Below, piece after piece: positions 9,573 to 18,768 of a stretch of DNA of 64,000 nucleotides. The translations under genes were made by a program, and so were the position numbers. Below the pieces are notes generated by a model. That model worked only from the letters and a program-made list of their open reading frames with translations, made no database searches and was not told the origin of the DNA. The DNA comes from Thermoanaerobaculia bacterium (GTDB taxonomy: Bacteria; Acidobacteriota; Thermoanaerobaculia; Multivoradales; JAIOJS01), in assembly GCA_019911795.1 (NCBI GenBank), contig JAIOJS010000312.1, forward strand, positions 3,864 to 67,863, given 5' to 3'. The first letter of the stretch is position 1; each line of letters starts with the position of its first letter.

Positions 9573-11120
9573 CTAGCGTCGCTTCTTGCGTCGAATCGTC
9601 AACTCCTTGAGCGCCTCGATCGGTCGGCGGTCAGGCGCCAGCAGGCGACTGGCCAGTCTCAGGTGGTCCTCGGCGTCCTCCCACTGTCCGTCGTCGCGGT
9701 CGAGGACCCCGAGGTAGTAGAACGCGAGTCCACACTTGCCGTCGATCCGGACCGCCTCTCGAATCTCATTGCGCGAGGCTTCCGCATACTGGGTCGGTGA
9801 GAGGCGGTAGCGACAGAACGCGGCCTCCGCTCGGTAGAGAGCATTCTGGGGGTCGACATCCGCGGCGAACTGCAAAAACTCGAGGGCTCGACGAAAGTTC
9901 TCGTTCTGCAGAAACTCGAGTCCCTTGCGATACTGGACGGCAGGATCGAGGAGATCGGTCGCGATCATGGGCTGGGTAGGACGGTTGGCGCGATCCCGAC
10001 GCGAGTTGCGTCTTCGCTCGAGAAGGATGCCGCGGCTCTCGGTATGGACGAGCTCGGCGTAAGCCTCCGCGCCCGCGAGAAAGAGGGCTCGCGCTTTCTC
10101 CGAAAGGTCACCCGGCGCTTGTGCCTCGAGGACCCATGGCGAGAACCGTCGCGCGTGTCGAAGGTAGGCGTGTTCGATCGTCTTCAGATCGGCCTCTTCG
10201 GACACTTCCAGAAGGTCGAAGGAATCCTTGCGTCGAAACGAAAGATAGGCTTCGAGGACTCGTCGCTTGAGACCCTCCAGCTCGCTCGCGTTCATCGCAT
10301 CCATCGCCGGTGGATGGATCAACACCTCGGTGGCCTGAACCGCCGAACGGACCCTACCCACCGCCGCCCCCGCCATGCCGCTTTGCGGCGCGAGAGAGCC
10401 GAGGAGGGCCAGCGCGTAGACCACCCGTCCCAGCGTATCCGAAGGAACGCCGCTGGTCAGGGCCAACTGATCGAGGGGTTGCGGTGCCGTGCGGGCGGCG
10501 GCGAGGACCCGCTTGGCGACGCCACCGATGATCAGGTCTGGCTCGTCGAACGGCGGCGCTGGATTGACCACCAGGGGCTCCCCGAGGAGAGGCTGAATTC
10601 CTTCCATGACGCTTTTCGACGGCGTGAGTTTGAGAATGCCGGTGAGGACGAGCTGTGGAGTACGGACTTCGAGGGTCGTTTCCGGCTTCTCGGTCACGTC
10701 GCGAAGTTCGAAATCCCCTTCCGACCAGGTGAAGGGGTCCAGAAGCTTGCGTGCGAGGTTCTGACGCAGCTGCCGATAGAGTTCGACCGCGTCGAGGATC
10801 TCCCTTTCCATCAGGATCTCACCGAGTGGAATCTCACGCTTGAGCGATTCTGGCAGGGCACTCTGTAGGGTCTGGTCATCGATCAGTCCGGCCGAGACCA
10901 GAAACCGTCCCAACGTCTCGTGGACCAGGTTGGAACGGCAGTCGACCGCGACTCCGTCCAGAAAGACGATCTGCTTCTCGACCGGCTTGCGGCTCAGGTG
11001 TAGCATGCCGGTCGTTCGGCTTCGTGCGAGTGCCGTGAGCAACACGGGATAGGGGATTTCCGCGATGTGGCCACGGCGCAGAGCCGAGATCTCAGCGAAG
11101 CGATCTACCGAAGGGATCAT
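9573..11120 (-). CDS. DUF4388-domain protein with a J-domain-like segment (no HPD motif) and a TPR-like C-terminus
   Basis: The N-terminus (FAEISALRRGHIAEIPYPVLLTALARSRTTGMLHLSRKPVEKQIVFLDGVAV) matches the DUF4388 pattern. The internal helix pair DLKTIEHAYLRHARRFSP resembles DnaJ helix II but has FSP where HPD would be. TPR-like helices occupy the C-terminus (ALEFLQFAADVDPQNALYRAEAAF...). Confidence 0.4.
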   Translation of the reverse strand: MIPSVDRFAEISALRRGHIAEIPYPVLLTALARSRTTGMLHLSRKPVEKQIVFLDGVAVDCRSNLVHETLGRFLVSAGLIDDQTLQSALPESLKREIPLGEILMEREILDAVELYRQLRQNLARKLLDPFTWSEGDFELRDVTEKPETTLEVRTPQLVLTGILKLTPSKSVMEGIQPLLGEPLVVNPAPPFDEPDLIIGGVAKRVLAAARTAPQPLDQLALTSGVPSDTLGRVVYALALLGSLAPQSGMAGAAVGRVRSAVQATEVLIHPPAMDAMNASELEGLKRRVLEAYLSFRRKDSFDLLEVSEEADLKTIEHAYLRHARRFSPWVLEAQAPGDLSEKARALFLAGAEAYAELVHTESRGILLERRRNSRRDRANRPTQPMIATDLLDPAVQYRKGLEFLQNENFRRALEFLQFAADVDPQNALYRAEAAFCRYRLSPTQYAEASRNEIREAVRIDGKCGLAFYYLGVLDRDDGQWEDAEDHLRLASRLLAPDRRPIEALKELTIRRKKRR

Positions 11121-11157
11121 TGAGGAGCGATCATATCGCGAGTTCGTGTAGTCCCGC

Positions 11158-12159
11158 CTACTCGTCAGGGGTTTCGGTCAACAGTTCCGTCTCGGGAAAG
11201 AGTTCTTCGAGCAGGACCGTGGCGTAACTCCCGGGTGGGAGGAGTACGCTAACCAGGACGACCCCGGGCTCGATGGTCGCTACTTCCAGGTCTCGAACCA
11301 CGATACGAAGAGGGCGACGTCCTCCCGACATATGGTGTCGGCGGAGCCTGGGCAGTTGGTAGATCCACGGCAGGTCGAGGTCGTGAGCGGCAGCCTTCTC
11401 CAGTTCCAGCGCCTTGCCCTTGGGGGCCCGCATCTTGTGACCGAGGATCGGACCGGTGGGACTCAGTTCGAGTTGATCGGCTAGTCCTTGATGGTCGGCG
11501 GCCCGGAGAACCGGGCGAAGGCCCTGCGTCTCGTGGTGCCAAGCGATGTCGCCATTCAGGAGAACGCCTAGGTCCGGTCCACGTCGCCGGAGGACCTCGT
11601 CGAAGAGAAGTGATTGCAGGGCGGAGAGGAACAGCCCCTCGCGGCGTCGGGGTCCCGACATGCGCTCACCGGCGAGGACGCGACGGCCGAGATCCGCGTT
11701 GTCGCCGTGTCGTCCGTAGCGCTGCCGTCCGAAGCGATTCGGCATCCCGTGGCGATGCATCGTCTCGACGCGGGTTGCGATCTGTTCGGGCCTGTCCTCG
11801 ACTTCGCGCACGGTGATCCGGAAGCGGTTTCCTTCGAGATCGCCGGGACGCAATGGATGGCGGTGTCTAAAGGCCTCCAGGACGGTCACCCCCTCGATAT
11901 CGAGTGCGGTTGCCTGATCGGGATCGAGGTCTGGGACCGACATCCACTGGCGGGTCACCGCTCGGCGATCCTTCCGCCCCGCGTAGCCCACCGCCCGCTC
12001 TTCGAGGCCGAGCCGCTCCGCGATCTCGGTAGCGACATCCTCCGAGTTGCGAAGACGCTTCTCGATGTGGAGAAGGGTGAACGGACCCTCCCCATGCGGT
12101 GGGTAGAGCGGAACTTCGTCAACGAGGAAGTCCTCGGGGGTCTGTCGGATCGTTGCCAT
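11158..12159 (-). CDS. truD: tRNA pseudouridine(13) synthase TruD
   Basis: The N-terminus RQTPEDFLVDEVPLY matches the TruD 'PEDFxVxE' signature. PNRFGRQRYG matches the 'PNYFGxQRFG' motif. Catalytic-region conservation is present and the length is ~333 aa. Confidence 0.75.
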   Translation of the reverse strand: MATIRQTPEDFLVDEVPLYPPHGEGPFTLLHIEKRLRNSEDVATEIAERLGLEERAVGYAGRKDRRAVTRQWMSVPDLDPDQATALDIEGVTVLEAFRHRHPLRPGDLEGNRFRITVREVEDRPEQIATRVETMHRHGMPNRFGRQRYGRHGDNADLGRRVLAGERMSGPRRREGLFLSALQSLLFDEVLRRRGPDLGVLLNGDIAWHHETQGLRPVLRAADHQGLADQLELSPTGPILGHKMRAPKGKALELEKAAAHDLDLPWIYQLPRLRRHHMSGGRRPLRIVVRDLEVATIEPGVVLVSVLLPPGSYATVLLEELFPETELLTETPDE

Positions 12160-12369
12160 CGGACCAGTGTAGTCGTTTCCAGGGACAATGCACTCGCGGA
12201 CGCCATCGTTTCGAGTTCGCTGTTCTGAGGATCGCAGCGATGAAGCGAACCGCCACTCTTTCTACCCAGCCGACATCCTCATCCCGCATCTGCTAGGGTC
12301 GCTGGCTACTCTCGACCCCGTGGTCGAGTTTCCCGATGAACACACTTTTCCGCCGAGAGGACTCTGTTC

Positions 12370-14079
12370 ATGCCCCAACTGATCACACCTCACGGTGGCG
12401 AGCTCGTCGACTTGCTCGCCTCCCCCGAACGTGCGGCCGAGCTTCGCAAGCAGGCGCGTGACCTCCCCTCCTGGACGCTCTCCTCGCGTCAGTTGTGTGA
12501 TCTCGAGATGCTGGCCTGCGGCTCCTTTTCCCCTCTCTGCGGTTTCATGGACCGTGCCACCACGCAGTCGGTGATGGACACGCTGCACCTTCCCGAGGGC
12601 ACTCTGTGGCCGATCCCGGTGACTCTCGACGTCACCGCAGAGGTGGCGGCGACCCTCGAAGTGGACGGACTCCTCGTCCTGCGGAATGAAGAGGGGCTGC
12701 CGCTCGCAGTGCTTCACGTAGCGGAGGTCTGGGAGCACGAGCGTGAGGCTGAGGCTCTGGCTGTCTATGGCACGAGCGATCGCTCCCACCCCGGCGTGGC
12801 TCACCTCCTAGAGCGGACCCACGAGATGTGCGTCGGGGGGAGGGTGGAAGCCCTTCGACTGCCTCCACACTATGATTTTTCGCAACTACGACAGACTCCG
12901 ACCGAGGTGCGTGAGCAGTTTGCCGCCGCGGGCTGGGATCGCGTCGTTGCCTTCCAGACTCGCAACCCGATGCATCGCGCTCACTACGAGCTGACCCGTC
13001 GGGCCGCGGAAGAGAACGGGGCGAAGCTGCTGATCCAGCCCGTCGTCGGCATGACCAAGCCTGGGGACCTCGATCACTACACCCGAGTTCGTTGCTATCG
13101 AGCCCTGCTGGGTCGCTACCCCGAGGGTTTGGCCAGTCTGTCGCTGTTGCCGCTCGCCATGCGCATGGCGGGCCCACGCGAGGCTCTACTCCACGCCATC
13201 GTGCGCAAGAACTACGGGTGCACCCACTTCATTGTGGGACGGGATCACGCCGGTCCCGGCAACGATTCCTCAGGGAAGCCCTTCTACGGACCGTACGAGG
13301 CGCAAGAAGCCATGCGCGCTCACCGTGACGAACTCGGCATCGAGTTGGTCCCCTTCAAGATGGTGAGCTACGTTGCTGCCGAGGGCCGCTACCGACCTGC
13401 CGACGAGATCGCACCCGGCACCGAGACGCTGCAGATCTCCGGGACGCAACTCCGTGAGCGCTTTACGATGGGACAGGAGATCCCGGAATGGTTTACCTTT
13501 CCCGAGGTGGCGCGGGAGCTTCGTCGGACCCATCCATCGCGCGACAAGGCGGGCTTCACTGTCTTCTTCACCGGACTCTCGGGATCCGGTAAATCGACCG
13601 TCGCCAACGTGCTCCTGGTGAAGTTCCTGGAGCTGGGAGGGCGTCCGGTGACCCTTCTCGACGGTGACATCGTCCGCACCGAGCTGTCGTCCGAGTTGGG
13701 TTTTTCCAAAGAACACCGGGACCTCAACGTCCGCCGTATCGGCTTCGTCGCGTCCGAGATCACCAAGAACGGTGGAGTGGCTATCTGCGCTCCCATCGCG
13801 CCGTATCTGGCGACCCGCCAACGGGTCCGCGAGACCATCGCTCCCCTCGGAGGCTTCGTTCTCGTCCACGTGGCGACGCCGCTCGAAGTCTGTGAGCGGC
13901 GCGACGTCAAGGGGCTCTACGCCAAGGCCCGCGCCGGAATCATCAAAGAGTTCACGGGCATCTCCGACCCATACGAGGTGCCAACCGACGCCGAAGTGGT
14001 TCTCGATACCAGCAAGCTCTCGCCGGAACAGGCGGCAGAGGTGGTGCTGAGCCGATTGCGGGAGGATGGGTACCTCTAG
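12370..14079 (+). CDS. sat: Bifunctional sulfate adenylyltransferase (ATP sulfurylase) / adenylylsulfate kinase
   Basis: The sulfurylase domain carries QTRNPMHRAHYEL and GRDHAGPG. The C-terminal APS kinase domain has the P-loop FFTGLSGSGKSTVANVL, plus FSKEHRDLNVRRIGFVASE and the LYAKARAG motif. Confidence 0.85.
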   Translation: MPQLITPHGGELVDLLASPERAAELRKQARDLPSWTLSSRQLCDLEMLACGSFSPLCGFMDRATTQSVMDTLHLPEGTLWPIPVTLDVTAEVAATLEVDGLLVLRNEEGLPLAVLHVAEVWEHEREAEALAVYGTSDRSHPGVAHLLERTHEMCVGGRVEALRLPPHYDFSQLRQTPTEVREQFAAAGWDRVVAFQTRNPMHRAHYELTRRAAEENGAKLLIQPVVGMTKPGDLDHYTRVRCYRALLGRYPEGLASLSLLPLAMRMAGPREALLHAIVRKNYGCTHFIVGRDHAGPGNDSSGKPFYGPYEAQEAMRAHRDELGIELVPFKMVSYVAAEGRYRPADEIAPGTETLQISGTQLRERFTMGQEIPEWFTFPEVARELRRTHPSRDKAGFTVFFTGLSGSGKSTVANVLLVKFLELGGRPVTLLDGDIVRTELSSELGFSKEHRDLNVRRIGFVASEITKNGGVAICAPIAPYLATRQRVRETIAPLGGFVLVHVATPLEVCERRDVKGLYAKARAGIIKEFTGISDPYEVPTDAEVVLDTSKLSPEQAAEVVLSRLREDGYL

Positions 14080-14145
14080 GGTCCTTTTTGGACCGATTCG
14101 CCGAGCCGGTAGTTGTGAGATCATCGCTGCGATGCGAGCAATGTC

Positions 14146-15375
14146 GTGGCGGTGGCAAGCGAAGAGATACTGGGGAGCCGTCGGCCGCGGGTCGGGATCT
14201 GTGCGGGCGGCGAAGGCAGAGTCTTGCGAGTAGGCTTCGTTTGGACAGGAGCGACCGCCGCGACTCATCTGTCGTTCCGATTCGAGTTGTACGTCGCGGG
14301 GATGGAGCGGCTCGGGCATGAGGGGTTGGTGGTGTGCGCGCCCCACGACGGATTGGCGCCGGTCCACTATCGATTGGAGGTCGCGGACTCCGAGGCGTCG
14401 TTGCGCTCTGCGGACTTCTGGCGGGGGTTGGGGCTGGACGTGGCGGTGGTCATCAGTTGGCACCGTCGAGTGGGGGTGCTGGCGGCCTTGCGGGAAGCCG
14501 GGGTGCGGACGGTAGCGATTGCCGACACCGATGGTCAGATGGGGCTGCGAACCTATCCGCTGCGGACGCTGGAGGAGATGCTGGTCTACCGCCAGGGGTG
14601 GTGGTCGCGACTGGGGTGCTTGAAGTATTGGCTGGGCCGCTACCTAGGTGACGGCCTAAGAGGTTCGCGGGAGGATGAGGAGTTCGTGGAGAGCACGCGG
14701 CTCTCGGATGCGGTGGTCTTTACCACCGAGGCTTCGGTCGCGGCTTTTACCCACTTCCTGCAGAGTCGAGGGCGGGAGGAGCTGATCGAGAGGTTGCATG
14801 CAGTGCCCTACGCGGTGCCCGATGCGTGTTGCGAGGGAGCGGTCGCGGTGGAGAGAACGGATCGAATGCTGGCGGCGGCGCGATGGGAGGACGAGCAGAA
14901 GAATCCCGGTTTGATGCTCGGTGCTCTCGACCACTTCCTACGCCGTCGACCAAGCACTGAGGTTTTCGTCTACGGAGCGGGGGGGGAACTGTTCTCCGCA
15001 TTGGCCGGTCGGTACGCTAGCCTGGTTGTCAAGGGGGTTCGCCCCTTGGCGGAACTCACGGCGGTCCTGGAAACCAGTCGGGCGATGGTCTTTTCGTCGC
15101 GCTGGGAATCTGGTCCTCACGCCGCGATGGAGGCGCTGGCCAGCGGGGCCTCGGTGGTGGGACCCCGCATCCCGAGCCTTGCCGGCTTCACTCAGGAAGG
15201 TCGGTTCGGGACCCTTTCGCGACCCCGTCCTAGGGCCCTGGCGCAAGCGATGATCGACGAGATGGAGTCTTGGGACAGCGGTCGTCGTGACGCGTTGCAG
15301 ATCGCGGCCTACTGGCGACCTCGACTCTCGGCCGAGGGAGTCTGTCGTGGACTCCTGGCGACGTTGGACTCCTAG
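14146..15375 (+). CDS. Glycosyltransferase family 4 (GT-B fold); start codon uncertain
   Basis: The C-terminal region VFSSRWESGPHAAMEALASGASVVGPRIPSLAGF matches the GT4 'S..EGFG..LEAMA.G.PVV' motif. The track ORF starts at GTG 14146. The real start may be downstream, for example at Met around 14299. Confidence 0.55.
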   Translation: MAVASEEILGSRRPRVGICAGGEGRVLRVGFVWTGATAATHLSFRFELYVAGMERLGHEGLVVCAPHDGLAPVHYRLEVADSEASLRSADFWRGLGLDVAVVISWHRRVGVLAALREAGVRTVAIADTDGQMGLRTYPLRTLEEMLVYRQGWWSRLGCLKYWLGRYLGDGLRGSREDEEFVESTRLSDAVVFTTEASVAAFTHFLQSRGREELIERLHAVPYAVPDACCEGAVAVERTDRMLAAARWEDEQKNPGLMLGALDHFLRRRPSTEVFVYGAGGELFSALAGRYASLVVKGVRPLAELTAVLETSRAMVFSSRWESGPHAAMEALASGASVVGPRIPSLAGFTQEGRFGTLSRPRPRALAQAMIDEMESWDSGRRDALQIAAYWRPRLSAEGVCRGLLATLDS

Positions 15376-15416
15376 GGGCCGATTCTGAAACCCAAGCCGG
15401 CGCCTTTGGGAGCGGG

Positions 15417-16193
15417 ATGGCTCGGAGTGGGACTGATAGAGTCCCGGCTGCCATGGGCAAGCCTCTTCGCCATCGACTTCGGGACGGCGTTCGCTACCGA
15501 TTGCTCGTTCCGCTGAACGTGCGGCGTAGCCGAGTCCTGGGCTGGTTCAAGCACCACGTTTGGCGACAGGTGCGAACCTTCCGTCCGACCGATCCGATTC
15601 GACTTCACATCGGGTCCGGACGGGTGGCGCTCGAGGGGTGGGTCAACTGCGACATCCAGACGTATTCCGAGGTCGATGTCGCCTTGGACGTTACGGGGGG
15701 ACTCCCCTACGGTGACGTCGAGTTCATCTTCGCGGAGCATTTTCTGGAGCACCTCGAGATCGAGTCAGCGCTCCGCTTCTTGGTGGACGCCAACACCGCC
15801 TTGAGGTCGGGAGGATGGCTGCGACTGACGACTCCCAACCTGGATTGGGTCTGGTCCCACGTCTACTCACCCAGTCCGGGAGGGCCGCGCATGGAGAACG
15901 CCCTGCATGCCAACCGGTCGTTCTACGGCTGGCGGCACCGCTTCTTGTGGAACCGCGAGATCCTGGAGGAGGCGCTCTTGGCGGCCGGCTTCGAAGAGGT
16001 TCGCTGGTGCGAATACGGGAAGAGCGAGATTCCGGAGCTAGCGGGTGTCGAATGCCACGAACGCTACCCCGACGGCGTTGACTGTCCTCATATTCTGATC
16101 GCCGAAGCGCGAACTGGCGTTGGATCGAAGGCAAGGCTGGAGCGCTTCCGGACGCTCGTCAAACGGGAGTTCCTATCCCATCTGGAGGATTGA
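15417..16193 (+). CDS. Class I SAM-dependent methyltransferase (Methyltransf_11-like)
   Basis: LHIGSGRVALEGWVNCDI...DVEFIFAEHFLEHL...LRSGGWLRLTTPN match motifs I, post-I and II/III of type 11 methyltransferases. Confidence 0.6.
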   Translation: MARSGTDRVPAAMGKPLRHRLRDGVRYRLLVPLNVRRSRVLGWFKHHVWRQVRTFRPTDPIRLHIGSGRVALEGWVNCDIQTYSEVDVALDVTGGLPYGDVEFIFAEHFLEHLEIESALRFLVDANTALRSGGWLRLTTPNLDWVWSHVYSPSPGGPRMENALHANRSFYGWRHRFLWNREILEEALLAAGFEEVRWCEYGKSEIPELAGVECHERYPDGVDCPHILIAEARTGVGSKARLERFRTLVKREFLSHLED

Positions 16194-16243
16194 TCGACCC
16201 GTTGCTCATGGGGTCTTGCCACGGCAGACGTGGCCGGACTGAC

Positions 16244-16717
16244 TTAGCCTCGAACCGGAGCTTCTCGTTTGCTGGACCTCCGGACGGTGCTGTCTAGGAC
16301 AACGTAGAGCAGCGTTCCGAGGACGACCCCGAGCGCGTCCGCAAGAGCGTCATCGACGCTGGCCCAGCGGGTAGGTACGGCCTTCTGCGATATCTCGTTG
16401 AGGACCCCGAATGCGATGCACAGGCTTGCAGTCGCGGCGTATCGGACTCGACGGCGGGGCGTCCACGGGGTAGCGGCCCACGCCCAGACCAGGGCGAGGA
16501 CTCCGAAGACGGGAAGGTGGAGTCCATTGAACAGGTTACGGACAAAGGGGCGGAGTTCGCTCTCGCCCCCCACCCAGTCGACGAGCGACTCCCGGAGCGG
16601 GCCCGAGATCGCTTTCGACACCACGTCAGCCGGCGCAGGAAGTCCCGACACGATCTGAATCAGGACCATCAATCCCAACGGAAGGAGGATCCACCGGCGC
16701 GAGGTTGGGGTCAGCAT
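16244..16717 (-). CDS. VanZ-like family membrane protein
   Basis: Small protein with 3-4 TM helices. The pattern (SGPLRESLVDWVGG...FNGLHLPVFGVLALVWAW...NEISQ...DALADALGVVLGTLLYVV) is consistent with VanZ-like proteins. Confidence 0.4.
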   Translation of the reverse strand: MLTPTSRRWILLPLGLMVLIQIVSGLPAPADVVSKAISGPLRESLVDWVGGESELRPFVRNLFNGLHLPVFGVLALVWAWAATPWTPRRRVRYAATASLCIAFGVLNEISQKAVPTRWASVDDALADALGVVLGTLLYVVLDSTVRRSSKREAPVRG

Positions 16718-16855
16718 CGAAGGGCGTCTCTGGTAAGGGATGGTCGTCGTTCTCGGAGTGGACCGAAGCCTATCTGAGGTCGTCGTTCATGTCCTGATTG
16801 GGGGTTGAAACATCCTACCTTTCTATGGTGGAATGGCTGGATGGTTTTACACTGC

Positions 16856-17548
16856 ATGTCGAGATCTACCCTGGCGGCCGACGTGACCCACGAACTAGAG
16901 CGCGTGATCGTTTCCGAAGAGTGGCCGGTGGGTACGAAGATTCCTTCGGAGCCGGAGCTGATGTCGAGTCTCGAGGTGAGTCGCAATACGGTTCGTGAGG
17001 CGGTGCGCGCGCTGACCCATCTTGGTCTTCTCGAAGCACGACCGGGCGACGGCACGTATGTCCGTTCGGTCAGTCCGCTGGCTTGCTCGCTCGGCCGCCG
17101 TCTCGAGGGATGCTCCCTCGAGGAGACCCTCGAGGCGCGTGAGTGCCTGGAGAGACAGGCGGCGCGATTGGCCGCTCAGCGACGAACGGAGGAGGATGTG
17201 GTGGCTCTTCGCGAGGGATTCCAGGCCCTATCGCGGGCATTCGATGGCAATGAGCCTACGGAGAGACTGATCGACCTCATTCGGCAACAGGAGCGGTGCC
17301 TAGCTCACGCGGGCGGCAATCAGCTCCTCGTCGAACTGTTCGAGGCGATCGCGGATCCGGTACGAGGGGCTCTTCGGACCCTCATCGACACGGTGCGGGA
17401 AACGGAGATCGATGGGGTAGGACCGCGGAGGTTACACGGGGAGTTGGTGGAGGCGATCGCGGCTCGCGATGTCGAGTCCGCCGATCGCCTCGTCTTGGAG
17501 AAATCGAGATTGGTGCGGAGCTGGGTAGTGAAAGAGGAGATGGCATGA
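16856..17548 (+). CDS. GntR-family transcriptional regulator (FadR/FCD subfamily)
   Basis: The winged-helix segment is KIPSEPELMSSLEVSRNTVREAVRALTHLGLLEARPGDGTYVRS. The C-terminus is an all-helical FCD-like domain. I moved the start to the ATG at 16856. Its stop overlaps the start of the downstream efflux gene. Confidence 0.75.
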   Translation: MSRSTLAADVTHELERVIVSEEWPVGTKIPSEPELMSSLEVSRNTVREAVRALTHLGLLEARPGDGTYVRSVSPLACSLGRRLEGCSLEETLEARECLERQAARLAAQRRTEEDVVALREGFQALSRAFDGNEPTERLIDLIRQQERCLAHAGGNQLLVELFEAIADPVRGALRTLIDTVRETEIDGVGPRRLHGELVEAIAARDVESADRLVLEKSRLVRSWVVKEEMA

Positions 17549-18768
17549 ACATTTGGCAATGGACTCAGGGTGACCTCGATAGCACTGTCGCAAAACGGCG
17601 GATCGAAGTGAGGCCCCTTCTGACGATGGTAGGCCTTGGAATGGCCAGTCTCTTGATCGCCTGTGGCGGTCCCGGTCAGGACGGAGGAGCTGCCCCGCCG
17701 CCGGTCCCTGCGGTCGGAGTCTTGAAGCCGGTACAGCAGCGAGTGACCGACTGGGAGGAGTTCAGCGGCCGGTTGTCGGCGGTCCAGTCGGTCGATGTGC
17801 GAGCGCGCGTCTCGGGATTCGTCGAGCGAGTTCACTTTACCGAGGGTTCGCTGGTCGAGGCGGGTGACCTCCTTTTTACTCTCGATCCGCGGACCTTCCG
17901 CGCCGAGCTGTCTCGCCTGGAAGCGCAGAAGCGAGAGGCGGATGTTCGGCTCGACCTTGCCCGCTCCGAGGCGGCCCGCGTCGAGCCGCTGATCGGTAGC
18001 CGGGCGGTGTCGGTAGAGGAGGTCGAGAAGCGGCGCCAGGACGTCGCCAGTGCCGAAGCTGCGGTAGGCGCGAGTCAGGCTGCCCTCGAGGGCGCACGCC
18101 TCAGCGTCGAGTTCTCGCGCATCGTCGCGCCGATCGCTGGTCGAGTGGGCCGGGCCCAGGTAACTCGGGGCAACCTGGTGAGCGGCGGCGCGGGGGACTC
18201 GACGGTCCTCACCACCCTGCGCTCGATCGATCCGATCTACTTCTACTTCACCCCGGACGAGCGCACCGCTCGTCGCATCCTCGATCCCAGCAAGCCCGGT
18301 ACCGAAGGGGTCGCCGTCGACCTCTTCGTCGGCGAGGGGGGCGAGAGCGCCCAACGCGGCGTCATCGATTTCTTCGACAATAGCGTCGATCCGTCCACCG
18401 GGACCCTGCGCCTACGGGCTGTTTTCCAGAACCCCGACGGTGCACTTCTGCCCGGTATGTTTGGTCGCCTGCGCGTCCGGATCGGCGAGCCTCACTCTGC
18501 TCTTCTGGTGCCGGATCGGGCGATAGGGCGCGACCAAACCCAGCAGTTGCTCTTCATCGTCGGCGATGACGGGATGGTCGAGCGTCGAGTGGTCACGACC
18601 GGAACTCTCGTCGATGGCTGGAGGGTGATCAACACGGGACTCGAAGCACACGAAGACGTTGTTGTCGATGGCATCCAGCGCGCGCGACCGGGCTCCAAGG
18701 TAGACCCGCAGCCGGCTGAACAAGCGACTCCAACCGGCTCGGACGCTCCCGGAGCTTCAGACTCGTGA
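17545..18768 (+). CDS. RND efflux membrane fusion protein (periplasmic adaptor subunit), probable lipoprotein
   Basis: ATG overlaps the GntR stop (ATGA). Lipobox LLIACGG. MFP barrel and lipoyl motifs are present (VDVRARVSGFVERVHFTEGSLVEAGDLLFTLDPRTFRAEL...VAPIAGRVG...GTLRLRAVFQNPDGALLPGMFGRLRV). The long upstream extension of the track ORF (from 17296) is rejected. Confidence 0.75.
   Translation: MNIWQWTQGDLDSTVAKRRIEVRPLLTMVGLGMASLLIACGGPGQDGGAAPPPVPAVGVLKPVQQRVTDWEEFSGRLSAVQSVDVRARVSGFVERVHFTEGSLVEAGDLLFTLDPRTFRAELSRLEAQKREADVRLDLARSEAARVEPLIGSRAVSVEEVEKRRQDVASAEAAVGASQAALEGARLSVEFSRIVAPIAGRVGRAQVTRGNLVSGGAGDSTVLTTLRSIDPIYFYFTPDERTARRILDPSKPGTEGVAVDLFVGEGGESAQRGVIDFFDNSVDPSTGTLRLRAVFQNPDGALLPGMFGRLRVRIGEPHSALLVPDRAIGRDQTQQLLFIVGDDGMVERRVVTTGTLVDGWRVINTGLEAHEDVVVDGIQRARPGSKVDPQPAEQATPTGSDAPGASDS

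Noticed and set aside
10044-10868. 274-aa plus-strand ORF antisense to the DUF4388 gene
   Set aside because: It is a shadow ORF. The minus strand encodes the recognisable DUF4388 N-domain and TPR-like helices.
13270-14463. 397-aa minus-strand ORF overlapping the sat/cysC gene
   Set aside because: It is an antisense shadow ORF typical of high-GC DNA. The plus-strand frame carries unambiguous ATP-sulfurylase and APS-kinase motifs, whereas the minus-frame product is Arg/Pro-rich low complexity.
17296-17544. Upstream 83-codon extension of the MFP ORF overlapping the GntR gene
   Set aside because: The extension lies out of frame over the GntR regulator. The ATG at 17545, overlapping the GntR stop, gives a normal lipoprotein signal.
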